NCBI GenBank assembly: GCA_000002445.1 | Contig: CP000071.1 | Coordinates: 1,216,001-1,280,000, forward strand | Length of the DNA: 64,000 nucleotides | Direction: 5' to 3' | Origin: Trypanosoma brucei | Lineage: Eukaryota | Shown here: piece after piece, positions 10,001 to 22,200 of the stretch | Numbering within the stretch: position 1 is the stretch's first letter | Layout of the letters: every line of letters starts with the position of its first letter | Notes under the pieces: model-generated | Databases searched by the model: none | What the model was told of the DNA's origin: nothing | The model's input: the letters and a program-made list of their open reading frames with translations, nothing else | Translations under genes and position numbers: made by a program

Positions 10001-10791
10001 TTAAGGTAGTCAGTTATGGCCCCGCGCAGTTTACTTGCGTGAAGGTTTATCTGAAACGGATCCCACACGTCATTAGACGTACCAGCAGCGCAGTGTATAT
10101 CATTGCGGTCATTTATACGTGACCCCTCAAAGCGACCGTTCACTCCACAACGAGTGGAGTCTCCCTGCTTTGAGGTCCGGCCAAACCCTAACTCATCACT
10201 CGCCTCGCTAAAGTCATTGCTGCAAGGAGGAGTTTTTACATACTTCGCCCTCCATTCGCGAAGGTCAACACTACATTCCAGCGAAACGCCGAAGAACAGC
10301 GTTGGGATAACTACTTCAACGAGGAAGTGGCGCACGCCACTATCCGCTGACTCGCCCATGCGTGCAACAACGGGGATCAGATCCCTTATTGTTAGAGGCG
10401 AAGAGGAAGATGTGCGCAACGAGCCAAAGTCCATGACGGTTAGACCAACTGAAAAGCTGAGTTCTGCATCTTCCTCCTCCAAGCAACGCAGCAGGTATGG
10501 TACTACCTCTTGCCTTGCCCACTCTTCACCCATAGCTAACGACAGTGCCATTAGACGTCGCACCGCAGCGTACCGCGCCTGCTGCCGTTCTGGTGGCTCT
10601 TCATCAAGTTCCTCAGTTGCCCCTGCCGTAAGCGGGAGTTCGTTGAACGACTGATCGTCCGAGAACGCCAATGATCCTACGCTGCTACCGGCATGGGTTT
10701 CTCCAAAGTTGTTGACGCTGGGGTCTGAGGGTGGAAGTGGCCAGTGGATGAGGTCTTGAATGACTGAGAAGGCTACTGTGCTGTTTTCCAT
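7054..10791 (-). CDS. Large HEAT/ARM-repeat protein (1245 aa)
   Basis: ORF 7054..10791(-). There are repeated amphipathic helical units throughout. The C-terminus has HEAT-like units ending ...LLRLLVEDKSADVRDEAAKALKLCF, with PVLNVRLVVAKELYGILE upstream. The plus-strand ORFs inside it are shadows. Confidence 0.6.
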   Translation of the reverse strand: MENSTVAFSVIQDLIHWPLPPSDPSVNNFGETHAGSSVGSLAFSDDQSFNELPLTAGATEELDEEPPERQQARYAAVRRLMALSLAMGEEWARQEVVPYLLRCLEEEDAELSFSVGLTVMDFGSLRTSSSSPLTIRDLIPVVARMGESADSGVRHFLVEVVIPTLFFGVSLECSVDLREWRAKYVKTPPCSNDFSEASDELGFGRTSKQGDSTRCGVNGRFEGSRINDRNDIHCAAGTSNDVWDPFQINLHASKLRGAITDYLNNVCKYASERAEEPGVTASLIARSSALDPSNYSGNRERCDAFHHRWTMFLGLMETMLRSRYVAAVAAAVQCVSNVFASITWAMRVDENNRGVSTSTLMNSVEELVEFTFVATRTHVGRSILSCTQEPCKELMQLLVEAQVFVSGGGGSPIAKVESAKNVSDSGDTKSGKAANAVVDDGSGRHTIQLGLAGCTASQRDVWDACLTAADAKRMPNVLFVSILRSLPLLLDWSNASNPKMATAYEAGLCFLTVCNIFRHAITPLVPHQDGGNYDGVSPEGGIRGGNKSRGNFSRSVKKEVSAPQPFIGNAALMLESAACRDFTVSEAVLDGLQQLLDELQRPHAIEDFLRDGTSSARLTLREKISLLRQLCSLYRDCVVHLASAPSWKTRWLVTQRLPELTGSIIMLLCRIGCHHPIDGPSLVEECVVYLCRLHTELWAGPKEGDGELQEMAQDEEEEVRCVIGVCAARVFTAIGQGMVRLTFPGGLVKDLRVKNADKNRPDMGTAAGNYYNDPISPGVHYKSSSAKESISSCNTGPNEVLLATSTVTKNLPQLFDVVFACCAGLLQDKEERVRSGAAAALSVLSRTLSTMVTVCEFNPRGVPKADWLDCLNRTTSLLMELLGDCSPIVQLSLVSELVALLSTRTAGAGKLAAIMGSYGNGKALELREGALTACLNRLSKHEIWRYRAEYATLLAEMCLRFLAPNSLAAAELDVSRTPRSVHLLEIGLRESRNVESARKPCGAVFAEDGVDPLHCFAKEELLPLLVDVLFDKVKAVRDSALESLVHMCERLSAARRLLKQELSPSSDELRCSRGRDILTGAMREVGRGGPLHGSGTGGLLRKKQSLCSRFCYDNEDDVFISDTLWPLIVNSPKAMATYLSRSSLLRIAVRIGVDKRSILLPLFDQLGHDPVLNVRLVVAKELYGILEISPGVAASGGSTGSNALPKTFFTEKEKNGVVLDLLRLLVEDKSADVRDEAAKALKLCF

Positions 10792-11485
10792 CGTTCAGCG
10801 GTGTGACGCACCCAGGAATATGGCGAATAAGTATGGATATTATATATAAGAAGAATGAGCGTCACTGCTTACTTCACTACACCCAACCGTCCTCCTCTCC
10901 CTTTTCTATATAGAAATGAAAAAGAAATATATACTCTAGGGTAATATGTCTGTTGTTTTTCTCTGTGCACCCACGCGTTGCAAGAAATCGCGATATATCA
11001 ATTTGCCTTTTGGATTTGCCAACGTCCCCACCTCCAACTTTCTGTGTCTACCCTTACAAGCGAGTACAACAAGGCTTGTACACGATAACTTCCCGCAACC
11101 ACGCCTGCCATGAAGGTGAAAGAAAGAAAAAATGACAGAGAGCAAAGAGTAAAGGGACATGTGACATACACACGCAAAAAGAAATATCGTCTTGCACATG
11201 TGTGTGCTCATTTTGGAATTTAGCAGTGCAATCCATGCTTCCTTTTTTTTTGTTCGGCTGAGTTGTTGTGCAGGTCCTGCATTATGATAATAATTATGTT
11301 TAATCGAGCATGAAGATCCGTGATAACAGAAATAGGGCGATAGAAGGTGAGGTTTGAGCAGTGATTGACGAAACCGTGCTTTTGCATAGGTGGCACTTAG
11401 GTCCCCGAAGCGCGACAAACTTATTCGCCTCTTCGTCGTCAAAATCCCACCCCGGACGCCGCTGCTTCCGCCTTGACGTACTTCC

Positions 11486-14059
11486 TTACGATTCGTCCAG
11501 CTTGGCATACTGTATTACAAGATGTCTCCCATACAAATGCGTAGATCCGAGTGTTTGCTTTGCACGGCGAGCCTCCTCCTCCGTGAGAAATTCCACAAAA
11601 GCAAAGCCACGATGATTGTTCTCACGATGCGAGGAAAACTGGTGGCTTTTGCGGGGGAGCCGTACACTACGTACCTCACTAACGGCGGTGAATAAGTCGC
11701 GAATGTCACGTTCAGTAGCTTCAAAAGGAACGTTCTTTACGACGAGCTTTAGACCATCGCATCCCGGGGGCACATTAGAATCACTACTAATGTTTCCGTT
11801 GCTTTGACCGGCGCCCCTTCTCGAAATGACGTTGAAAACCTTCGCCACACCGTCTTCACCATCCCCGTCTCCATTACCGGCAGCTCGTGACGCCGGGGAA
11901 GCGCCGTTAATCGCAGCGGTTGTTTGCTTGCTCACAACACAAGCCAGTGTTCTTCCCGCCATAGTTCTTCCGTTCAGCCGCTGCTGGACGTAGGACATAG
12001 TGCTTGCATCGCGGAGGGTAAGAAATGCTCGTCCTTTTCCTTGTTCCAATTCCAATCGCTCCACAAACTTATCAGGTGCCCTCGCCAATCGCGGGCAAGA
12101 GTCCAACAGGAAAGTGTTGAAGTCTTCCTTCGTGGAATTAAAAGGGATGTTAGTTATAAATAGCGTAAAGTGTGGAGTACCCGCCGCCACGCCAACATGG
12201 TTGCCATCCTCGTCCACGTCATCGACCCTGCCATTCCCGCTGTGGGAAGGGACCCGGTCGTTGCAATCACCTCCGTCTTCTGCGGTAGAGAGAGAACCGA
12301 TAGGAGCCCACTCTAAAAATAACGGTGCATTTTTGAAGAGTTTATACGACAGGCGCTGGAAGGCAACTCGTGCATCCTGTTGATGCACGTAGCGGAACAG
12401 TGCGAAGGCCCCTGCCGATGGAAATGCTGTAGCTTCCAACGTCCCATATTTCAAGAACATCTTACTGAGCTGCGCCGCATATGCCGGATCGCCCAACGTA
12501 ACATTCTTCACTAAAATGGTAGTATTACTACGCGCTTTCAAAAGGTTTTCGCGTGCACTTTCCAGCAGACTAAAGTCAATTCCCTCGTCGCCCAGCACTT
12601 CCTTTATCTCTGATGTAAGATACGCCTCAGCTATTGCCGCCCGCACTGCCGCACCACGGGCGTCAACCGAAACAACAGCGTCCGCGGTTACTCCAAGTCG
12701 TTTTGCCACAGTTTCCACTGCCGTGTGACTGTTCATATACGTTGAGCTCCATGCCACTGGTGCAACACCGGATGTCCCCTCTCCCTCTTTGCGCCTGTCC
12801 TTCGCTTTCTGCCGTTTGAATTCGCTATTCCCAGCCAACCCTCCTGCGGTCTCCTCGCTCCTCTTGGCGTATGGATCCTCAGTGGCGGCTGAAACTCGCA
12901 AGAGGCGACCCATAAAGATGGCCCCTTGGCAACGGGAAAGGGCATTAACCGCATCTTCCACCCGGGCAAACTTTACGAAGGCAGCACCCTTGCTCTGTTT
13001 GGTGTCACGAGTGAGTGGTATATGAACAGCCTCCACAGGTCCGACGTGGGAAGAGGCGAACTGCTTCACATCTTCTTCGGTCGCAATAAACGGTATGTTA
13101 CCTAAGCGGATGCGGCGACTTTCCCGCACAACCTCCTCCTGGTCGTCTCTGGGAGAGGGGTTCTCAGGACATAAAAGTTGATCCTCCTCACTCTCGTCAC
13201 CTTTTTCTAGCACTTCTCCCTTTCTTTTGTCACTACCGCCACCCCCCGATGCGTCATTGCTACTGCAGGCTTGGTTAGCCGACTCCTTTGCTAAGGAAGA
13301 CAAGAAATCCATGTCACTTATTTCCCCAAGTTTCTTCTGTCGTTCAAGTGCTTTTTCCAACTCAATGTTGGGATCTTCCTGTTCCTTCTTTCCCTGTGGC
13401 TCGGCATCGCCATTCCCGCCGTCGCAATCTCCGGTTGGGGATGCTTCCGCGTCTGCGGAAAGCTCCGGCACTAGTACTTCAGTGGCCCATGTTGGTCCTG
13501 TTGTTGCTCGTATCCTTTCAGTAACGAACTCTTCTCGCCGCTTCCTCTTCTTGGCATCTTCCTCACTCTCTCCAGCACCATCCGCATTTGGAGCCTTTCC
13601 ATCTTTTGTTCCCAATTCCACATCCCTTGCACGTTTCTCGCCTATGCCCTCATATTTTATTGTTGAACTTTGATTATTCTCCTCTTGTTCTTCCTTTCCC
13701 AACTTTTTCCGCATGTTTGTCGTAACACCCACATCAGCAAGGCCCTTCGCCACATGCACCTGCAACTTGGCCTCACCAAAGTACGTTCCATCCAGGTGCC
13801 GCACGATGAAGTGGCCGCTTGCAGCGTTTCGAAATCCAATGAAAGCCATTCGGATGACGCCCTTCTCTGAAGCATCTGGCGCAGGTGATTTCCGCGGGGT
13901 TCCCCTTCCCCGTGCACCCGGTCGTGGGGCACGCTTGAGAATAACACAATCCGTTATTTCGATATGAGGCCCATCGGGGGGAAGCGACTTGAGCAGGTTG
14001 CTTCGAAGCTGATCCTCCGTACAGTTGCGTGGTAGGTTCAAAATACGTACGCGAGACAT
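11486..14059 (-). CDS. Multiple-RRM RNA-binding protein, MRD1/RBM19-like pre-rRNA processing factor (857 aa)
   Basis: N-terminus MSRVRILNLPRNCTEDQLRSNL matches the first RRM of MRD1-family proteins (MSRxIVKNLP...). RNP1-like octamers appear several times (KGAAFVKF, RGFAFVEF, GRAFLTLR, RMAFIGF). Lys/Glu-rich linkers sit between the domains. Confidence 0.65.
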   Translation of the reverse strand: MSRVRILNLPRNCTEDQLRSNLLKSLPPDGPHIEITDCVILKRAPRPGARGRGTPRKSPAPDASEKGVIRMAFIGFRNAASGHFIVRHLDGTYFGEAKLQVHVAKGLADVGVTTNMRKKLGKEEQEENNQSSTIKYEGIGEKRARDVELGTKDGKAPNADGAGESEEDAKKRKRREEFVTERIRATTGPTWATEVLVPELSADAEASPTGDCDGGNGDAEPQGKKEQEDPNIELEKALERQKKLGEISDMDFLSSLAKESANQACSSNDASGGGGSDKRKGEVLEKGDESEEDQLLCPENPSPRDDQEEVVRESRRIRLGNIPFIATEEDVKQFASSHVGPVEAVHIPLTRDTKQSKGAAFVKFARVEDAVNALSRCQGAIFMGRLLRVSAATEDPYAKRSEETAGGLAGNSEFKRQKAKDRRKEGEGTSGVAPVAWSSTYMNSHTAVETVAKRLGVTADAVVSVDARGAAVRAAIAEAYLTSEIKEVLGDEGIDFSLLESARENLLKARSNTTILVKNVTLGDPAYAAQLSKMFLKYGTLEATAFPSAGAFALFRYVHQQDARVAFQRLSYKLFKNAPLFLEWAPIGSLSTAEDGGDCNDRVPSHSGNGRVDDVDEDGNHVGVAAGTPHFTLFITNIPFNSTKEDFNTFLLDSCPRLARAPDKFVERLELEQGKGRAFLTLRDASTMSYVQQRLNGRTMAGRTLACVVSKQTTAAINGASPASRAAGNGDGDGEDGVAKVFNVISRRGAGQSNGNISSDSNVPPGCDGLKLVVKNVPFEATERDIRDLFTAVSEVRSVRLPRKSHQFSSHRENNHRGFAFVEFLTEEEARRAKQTLGSTHLYGRHLVIQYAKLDES

Positions 14060-15380
14060 GCGGTGCCGGACCGACGTGAATGGTTCTCAAAAGCAACCCG
14101 TACACTGAAGTAAAGGCGAGAAAAGAAGGCCAAGGAGGGCGACAAAACCCTTTCCCTTGTACTCAATGTGCTTGTACAGCTCCTATCACACCAGCCCTAC
14201 TAAATTCCCTATTATTTTCTCGACTTTTCCCCTCTTCCACCAGTGAAAGGGGTAACCACTTCTACACACTACTAAAAATTAACAAAGGGATATCAAACGT
14301 CCATATGTTTTTTTTGTAACAAGTGGAAGAACCGGCGGTGGCACGTGCGAGAAAGAGTAATTTTTTTTCTCCATGTTGAAACTAAGTTCTTAAAATCTTC
14401 ACCTCGGTGTGACTCGTTTGAAACCCAACCGACGTGATTTGGCTGTAAGCTGTCTATTTTATGATTTTTCTCGCGTACCCACTCATACGCATACCGATCT
14501 GAAAGTACACAAAATGTGGGCGAACATCGCATCATGTCACTTTTTCCCTTCCTTTTTATCCCTTCTATTCTTCCTGCGCAGGTTGGGAAACATAGCGTCA
14601 ATTAAGTAGGCGTTTGCACTCTTCACAATCCAGCCCCTCCCTGCAAGGTCCGTCCCGGCACATATACGGGGCGGCAAGATACGGTGCTGCCTTTAACCAA
14701 GATCCACTAGGGCAACTCAGTCACTCAACTCGGAGTTGCCAGAAACATAACTCAACGACTCGTTTTGTTTTTTTTTTGTCAATATTCATTCGCCGCACCA
14801 AACATAACTGCCTGCAGCCATTTGCTTCCACCTTCCTCACCTCAAGCAAAATAGAGGAAAGGAGGAGAACTAATAGCGGACCCTACACGTATCCACCCGC
14901 GACCAATACTCCGGTGAGAAGGGTTGCAACCCCGCGACGTCGGGGTAGGTGAAAAGAAAGGCAGCGCAACATGAGAAGCTAACCACGTAGAAGAACGACC
15001 TCATCAATAAAATTACCAAAATGATTTTGCCAATAAACGTAGGCACATTCTCCAAACCCATTTTGTACCAGGCGAGCTAGTCGTCACGACTGATGTTGTA
15101 GATCAATTTTCCTGACTGCGCCTAATGTCCTCCTAGTCTACCTGGTTACTGACTCGGCAGAGAAATCACCAAAAGGTAAACAACCACCGGAAAGAGCAGA
15201 ACGTGACAAAAAAGAAACAAACAAAGATAAGCAGAAGACGACAAAAGGGGCTGAAACACGTATCATATTGATGTTCCACAGATTTATATGGAGAAAAATA
15301 ACAGTCGATGGCCAACGCCTCACCCCCTCCTCCCACCGGACCCATCAGCCAAAGTAACTCGCGTATCTCGTGACTTAATT

Positions 15381-16139
15381 TCAAACAACTGACAAATCCT
15401 TCCGTTTTCTCTTTCCCAGAGGTGCGTTTGTATTCTCACGACGGTAAAATTGCTGAAGCAGTACCACCGCCTCCTCCGCCCTATAACCACCGCAGCTTTC
15501 ATATCCAATTAGTGCAGCATCCTCACCACTACAACCCTTGTAAGAGTTGTGTACGGAAAGGACGGTACCATTCCCCCCAAAACGGGGGTTAGTGCAACCG
15601 AAGTAGACCTTCCGCACACGGTTGTATAAAAGCATTGCAGCACACATAATACAGGGCTCCACCACTACATACAGAACATAATCCGCAAGGTCCTGTGAAA
15701 CTGCTCCGCAGTTGCCTCCTCCTCCTATATTTTCACTCGTCCCTGCTGTCGCTTGTCGCAGGAGTTCCTCCACTGCAACAAACTCTGCGTGGGCCAACGC
15801 ATGTCCCTTCCTGTTGGTAGCGTTACGTCCTCGTGCCACAATTAACTTTTGTAAGGCCAAATCATCTCCTGCTTGTGCCTGAGCAGCGGTGGAGGAATCC
15901 GCTTTTACCAACACACATCCAACCGGTACTTCACCTTCTTCTAATGCACATGTTGCTTCCTTTAGAGCAGCCTGCATAAAGACATCACAATACACAACAC
16001 TTTCATTCGCCTCCGCTGTACCTTTTAAATTTGTGTCCTTGCCTGTATCTTGCACCATTGGTGCTAAAGAATAAGTGAATAATAATAATAATAATAATTG
16101 AGCAACACAATCAATAAAAGAGAAAGAGGTGGGAACCAA
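15381..16139 (-). CDS. ADAT2: tRNA-specific adenosine deaminase, ADAT2/TadA-like (cytidine-deaminase fold); the probable real start is Met28 at 16058
   Basis: The zinc-binding deaminase motifs HAEFVAVEE (H-A-E) and PCIMCAAML (PCxxC) are both present. The Lys/Arg-rich C-terminal tail (RRENTNAPLGKRKRKDLSVV) is what I recall of trypanosome ADAT2. The annotated N-terminal 27 aa include LLLLLL encoded by the (AAT)7 microsatellite at about 16076-16098, so the downstream ATG (16056-16058, MVQDTGKD...) is the more likely start. Confidence 0.7.
   Translation of the reverse strand: MVPTSFSFIDCVAQLLLLLLFTYSLAPMVQDTGKDTNLKGTAEANESVVYCDVFMQAALKEATCALEEGEVPVGCVLVKADSSTAAQAQAGDDLALQKLIVARGRNATNRKGHALAHAEFVAVEELLRQATAGTSENIGGGGNCGAVSQDLADYVLYVVVEPCIMCAAMLLYNRVRKVYFGCTNPRFGGNGTVLSVHNSYKGCSGEDAALIGYESCGGYRAEEAVVLLQQFYRRENTNAPLGKRKRKDLSVV
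16076..16098. repeat. (AAT)7 microsatellite at the 5' end of the ADAT2 ORF
   Basis: aataataataataataataat read directly; it is in frame as a Leu run on the minus strand. Confidence 0.9.
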
Positions 16140-16215
16140 ATTAAAAAAAAAAAGTGTAGAGCGAGTTGAAAGAAGATTGGCATCTCACAATAACAACCGT
16201 GTGTGTGTGTATTTG
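16140..16215 (-). promoter_or_regulatory. Probable polypyrimidine tract and SL acceptor region upstream of ADAT2
   Basis: The plus-strand A11 run (ttaaaaaaaaaaagtg) and purine-rich flank make a T-run and pyrimidine tract on the minus strand immediately 5' of the ORF. Confidence 0.3.
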
Positions 16216-19200
16216 AACTAGGAAAGACGTGTAGATGCCGAGCACAAACCATCCCTGCTAAGATCCAACAAAGTTTGACAGCGTATTGGTTGACGGGAAT
16301 ATAACTTTGTTGAGTTACAAGAGGGCGAATCGTAGATGCGTAAAAGTACGTGTGAAGGGAGGAAGTTTATAAATAAATAAATTATTGTATTTATAAAATT
16401 GTTCCGAGAGGGAGGCTACGAAGGTAGGTAAAAAAGCAAACGCATCAAGTAATATCAACTGCACCATTGTTCCACATCCAAGCTGTCCTTTTTGCTTCCT
16501 CCTTCCATGCATCTGTTCACTTCTTTCATTATTTAATTTTTTTTAGTATATAAATAAACATACGAAAAAATGTTCTGTCCTCCGTTCCGAATGTTTTCTT
16601 TTTTTTTTTTTCATGCGCTTCATCTTTCAGTTGCTCCTTGCCTCCCTTTTCCTTCCCGAGTTTTTTTTTCCTTTTCCTTTTTTTCTTTTTTAACTTTCCT
16701 TCGGTTCTGCTGCAGCGCCAATAGTACAATTACGGGAGACGTACTCTGCAGGCTTCACCGCCATCTCCGTTGAATCACCCACAGTAAAAATTGAAGGTAA
16801 TCTATGAGTAGCGGAGACGTTAACGGGGGGAAAAAAAGAAAAAAAAACAGTAGTCTACAAGGAAGAGTTTAATGCTTTGATGAAGTATACAAATATCCTC
16901 GAGGTTAGGTTTGTTGTAGAGTCTTCTTTCCATCGTCATGATTCCAAAAGTATCACTCTCTTTTCTTTTCTTTTTTTTCTCTGCTCTCCCTTGGGTTTTA
17001 CCGGGTGTGAGAAAAAAGATGGATGAATCACTCAAACAAATGAATGACGGACGAATGGCTACTGCCACACTTCCTTTTCAACCACCACAACACTTGAAGG
17101 GATAATCAAAGAAGTCAAACAAATGCACAAACACAAACACAAGCACATAAACGAAACAATAACAACACAACTATGAACGTATTCGAAATGTAATGCATCG
17201 ACATGACTGATTGCAAAAGGGATATTCGGTTCAAAGGACTGGAAATGACAAGGAGAGTCAACAAACAAATAACCGATCGAAAAATTAAGAAGAAAAGAAA
17301 AAAAAGACAGGAAAACAACGCCATATACCGAACTGTTTTGTGTCTAAAAGAGGGGAAACCATAATATATATATATATATATATATATGTTCTCGTCGTAC
17401 ACTTTACATTCTTTTTTTGTTTTCATTTTATTTCACTATACGCTGCTTTCTTTTGTCACTCCTTCACTCCTAATCCAGCTCCCACACGCAGTAGTGTTGC
17501 AGCGCCGTGCATACATAAATAAATAAATATATATATAAATAAATAAATATATATATATATATATATATTAATATATAAATGTACGTAAACTTCTGGTGCT
17601 GCTGCTTCTTTTTCTTTTTTCTTATTCTTTCGTCCAAGTGTCCTACATAACATAAACAAGGAAAAAAAAAGGAGGGTAAAAGTATGGAGTGAAATTAATA
17701 TAAATACACACAAAAATAAGGAAAGGAGGAGTCGGGGGGAAGGGAAAGGAGGAAAACAAAAAAAAAAAAAAGAAAAGAAAAAGCATTACGATATACTAAA
17801 TCTTTCTCTCTTTAGATACTTCCTACCCTTCACATCTGTACACGCAAGGACATATATGTTCGACACATACATAAATCAAAATAAATAAAAAAAAACAAAA
17901 AAAAACAGAACAGATCAGTCGCTCACAGATTGTTATCATCTGCATTATGTGCTTCGACACTAACACGTTTTCAGTGCTTCCCAAACTGGAAAAGAAACGT
18001 GTTAGTGTCTCTCTTTTTTTTTTTTAAAAAAAAATGTACAATAAAGTAAACACAATAATAACAGCAGTAACAGTGAACAGCGCAATATATGATGAGGGAA
18101 GGAAGGAGGATAAGGAGACATTATCTAAGCATTGTTATTAACACAGTAGTGGAGGCGCTGAAATAAAACTGTATAAAGCAACTATACGCATCATAAATAT
18201 TGAAACATGTTTCAGAAAGAGTTATGTGATTTTTTTGTTTTTTGTTTTTTTAAACGTCTCGTTTCTTCATTATTTCACCACACCTTTCAAATACACACAT
18301 GCACACATGCCCGTATCATCATACATCACAGGAGCGTGTACGACTGTGTCTTGACGGAGTTATTTTCTCCGCATTTCTCATCTTCTCGTTCCACCAACAA
18401 AAAAGTTTCACTCCTTCCTGTGTTATTTATTTATTTACTTATTTTCCTCCTCCATCCATCAGCATTCCACTGTGCAAGAGGAGAACAGACGTCTAATAAT
18501 GGATAAAGAAAGGGGAAGTAAATATAAACAAAACAAACAAACATTATTTGATTATGTTGACGCAAGGTAAACGAGGAGAAAACAACCGAAGGTGTGAGGA
18601 CCGGAAATAACTCTTGACATTATGTTGCTTAAAAATCTGCAACTCCACACGCTTCATATAATGCACTTATATAAATAAATATATAAATATATATTGTGTG
18701 CATACACGCATGCATGCATTTCCCTCGTCTATTTGTTCTTCTTTTTTTCTTTTCGAATTTTTAATATCATTTTTTTATTTTATTTTTTTTTAAAAATTTC
18801 TCCCACCTCCTCAGCTCCGCTTCGCAAGCGACGAAATTATGATATAATAACATTTACTCCCCAGTAAAAATGTTATATGTTTGACGGTTTGCATGACCTG
18901 CACCCGGGCGAAAGGAGCGGTACGCCACCGGCTGGCACGTGGGCGCTTCGGCTTTTGGTTCCATCACACCGCGGCGAACACCAGCCGGTGCAATTTGTTT
19001 TTTTATCGGTTCAGTTGGTTGTTTTTCTGCTTCTTCCTCCTTTTCTTCTGCTCTGTAATCGACACCACCTCCCTGCTCCACACCATCATCCATTTCAATT
19101 ACGACGCCGTAATATTCATCTTGTGCTTCAACATCTTGAGAGGGATGATGTTCTGCAGTGTTATTATTAACTCCATAATGTTGGAAGGAATGATCTGCTG

Positions 19201-22200
19201 CCTCTTCTTCATCTAATTCAGCTCCGTCTTCATCCTCCGTGTGGCAATACTGTTGCTGTTGATGTTGATATTGATATTGATGTTGATGTTTTTGATTACA
19301 CACCCCTCGTATGGGTTCATTATTTTCCTGCTCACCTTTTCTGTGGTCGAATATTTTACCTCCAGCGTAGGCTCCTTGTACGCATGTTGTGTCCCATTTA
19401 AGATCTCCCTGTCCCATCAATTCCTTCATGGTATTTCCACCATTATGTTCACGGTAAAGTCGGCTCTGACGGACACACGGACGCTCGCCGAGTACATTTC
19501 CCTGATTTTGAGTGAGTGAAGGACCTCCCAAATGCCTATGGCCGCTCATTTGTTCCTCTTCACCTTCTTTTTCTTCTTTTTCGTTTTTTTTTCTCCTCCT
19601 TAACTTTTTTACTTTTACTCTTCTTCAACTATCTTTACTTTGGTGACGGTGATGATATATATATATATATTTAAAAAAATGACACTGAAGTGATCTAGTG
19701 GTGAAAGTACTTTTTTTTTTTTTTGGGGGGGGGTGCGTGTGTGCGTGTTTGTTTGGGAATATTTCTAACCTGTACGTTCGCTGACTGTCTTAATATATAT
19801 ATATATATTTTCAGTTCAGTGTTGTGTTGTGCTGCACTACGCTTCCTTTTTTATTTTATTTTATATGCGCAGTTTTCGCTCTCTTCTCGGGTTTGATGGT
19901 GAATATGTCTACTGTTGCAAGAGCTTCTGTTGTCGTCTGTTGTTGTGTGAATCTTGTGCTAGTAATACTAAAAAAAAAATTAATATTATTTCCTCTCCTG
20001 TTTCCTTTCCTTTCCCTTTTTTTAAAAACAAACTTTTTCTTCGTTTCTTTCTGCCGTTGTTACTGTAATCGTTACTGCTTCTCTCCTGTTTTTTTTGTTC
20101 TGAACGTAACTCAACAAAAAAAAAAGAATGGGAAAGAATGAGAATAAGAACATACACGTGAAGAAAAAAAAAGAAAATAAAACAAAACAGCAACACATCA
20201 AAGCAAAGCCAAGTAAAGAGAGGAAGCGTTAATTATTTTTGAACATACACAAAAATTGAGAAGGAGAAGAAGGGGGAAGGGGGGAATCAAACAAACAAAA
20301 GAAAAAGAAAAGGGAGACAAGGAGGCAGGAAAAAAAAAAGGAACGGCGCCTAATTTTTAAAAAAAAACAACAAAATAACGAATATGACGTTGTTGTTAAG
20401 ATTAGATATTATTAAATATTATTAGTTATAATAATAATATTATTATTATTATTCTTCTTTTTCCTTTTTGATGAAACTTGACAGCGTGTGAGTGCATGTA
20501 GCATCAGATGACGAAACGGAGTTAAAGCTCCAATGAGCAAAAATAAATGAAGAGGGTAAACGAAGGGAACGAGGGAACTAAAAATATAAAGTGAGAACAA
20601 AAACAAAAACGAAACAAAAAAAAGCGAAACGAACAAACACACGCATACACAGGTAAAATAAATTAAAACGAAACAAAACAAAAAAGGGAGAGAAGAAAAA
20701 GAAAGAGAAGAAAAAGAAAGAGAAGAAGGGAAAAGTGTCAGACAGTCACACCACCAAATAGTCAATACGTGAATAAATGTACATAAATGTATAAATATAC
20801 GTGCAGAGATATGTAACGTGCGGCAAATTTAATTGTAAAGTAAAATGTATAAATATGTAAATGTACGTATGCATACGCGTAAATATGAATATATATATAT
20901 ATATGAATATCCTTTCAAATATATGTGGATGTTTTTTTTTGTTTTGCTTTTTGTTATATTTACTTTCACTACTTAATCACGTATGCCCAACGACGAAACA
21001 CTTGCTGCTGGGCAACAGGGGAGGGGGGGGGGAAAAAAACGGTAGCGCGTCACTTGAACTTATTTGATGATGGTGTTCTTCTTTTTCTTTTCTCTTCATA
21101 TTTACTTCCGTTAATTACCCTCTCAGGGTTTCTGCTTTCTTTTTTCTTTCTCGAATTTTCCTTCTTTTTTTTTTGTTGAATTCATACTATTTTCTTTGTT
21201 TGTTTCCTTTACCCCCTCGTGTTTTTTCTTTATTTCTTTATTTTTTTTTAAAAAAAGAAAAAAAACACAACTCTGCTAGATTATTATTATTATTACTGTT
21301 AATTACCATTGTCACACGTGTGTGTGTGTTTGTGTGTTTGTTTTCTTTTTTTCTTTTTCTTTCCTTTCCTTTGTTTATTTTCTCTTTTGAATGGACTTTC
21401 AGCCCATACGAATTAGAAGAGGTGAATAAATCACACCTTCAGCGTAAGTGTTAAATAAAAATAAATAACAAGAGAGATGAATGAGCGAGCTGAAAAGAGG
21501 GAAAAAGTTATTTTACTTTTTTACTTCATTTTGAGTGCGTGTATGCATATGTTTGCTCTTTCTGTTTGTAAGATCATATAAATTGTATACCCATTGTCAT
21601 GAGTTCTAATTCACATAACTTCACTTATTCTCATTTCACAACACATATTCATAAAACATATAAACATATAAATATATAAATATAAATAAATATATAAATA
21701 TGAATAAATAAATATATATTTTTTTCTTTTTTGAGAGAGGATATTTGAGGGGCTGCCATCTCTATAAACACTGAACATATAAATACATAAATTTTACTCT
21801 TCATAACATGAGGCGGAGCGCAACGACGTGAAAACAAATAAATAAATAAATTCATATGTACGGCGTGTTGGGGGGTAACAAACAATTCAAACAAACAAAT
21901 CGTAACGATTATTATAAATGTTATTTTAATAACAATAATAATAATGATACATACGTGTACATATATTTTTTTATGTTTATGTATATATGCACATGTGCCG
22001 TTTCTAGAAATAAGGTACAACACAAAACACACAAAAATAAGAAACCCAACGTCTTTTTTTTTGGTAGTATTTCTACTATTGTGCTTTAATCTTTTCTTTT
22101 TTAAAAAAAAAACCAAAAAAAAAAACACACACACACACAACAAAACATCCCCTACTTATTTATTTTCATTTTATATCCTTCCGCCCATTTCCATCTTTTT

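Noticed and set aside
14293-14601. 102-aa minus-strand ORF in the MRD1–ADAT2 intergenic spacer
   Set aside because: It is short and Cys/Arg/His-rich with no motif. It lies in AT-rich spacer where UTRs and processing signals are expected. Without transcript or conservation evidence I do not call it.
18085-18170. Possible C/D-box snoRNA (TGATGA at about 18088 and CTGA at about 18160, roughly 70 nt apart)
   Set aside because: The motifs are short and expected by chance in 64 kb. I found no convincing terminal stem or guide complementarity. The candidate is on the plus strand, opposite to the transcription direction from which trypanosome snoRNAs are processed.
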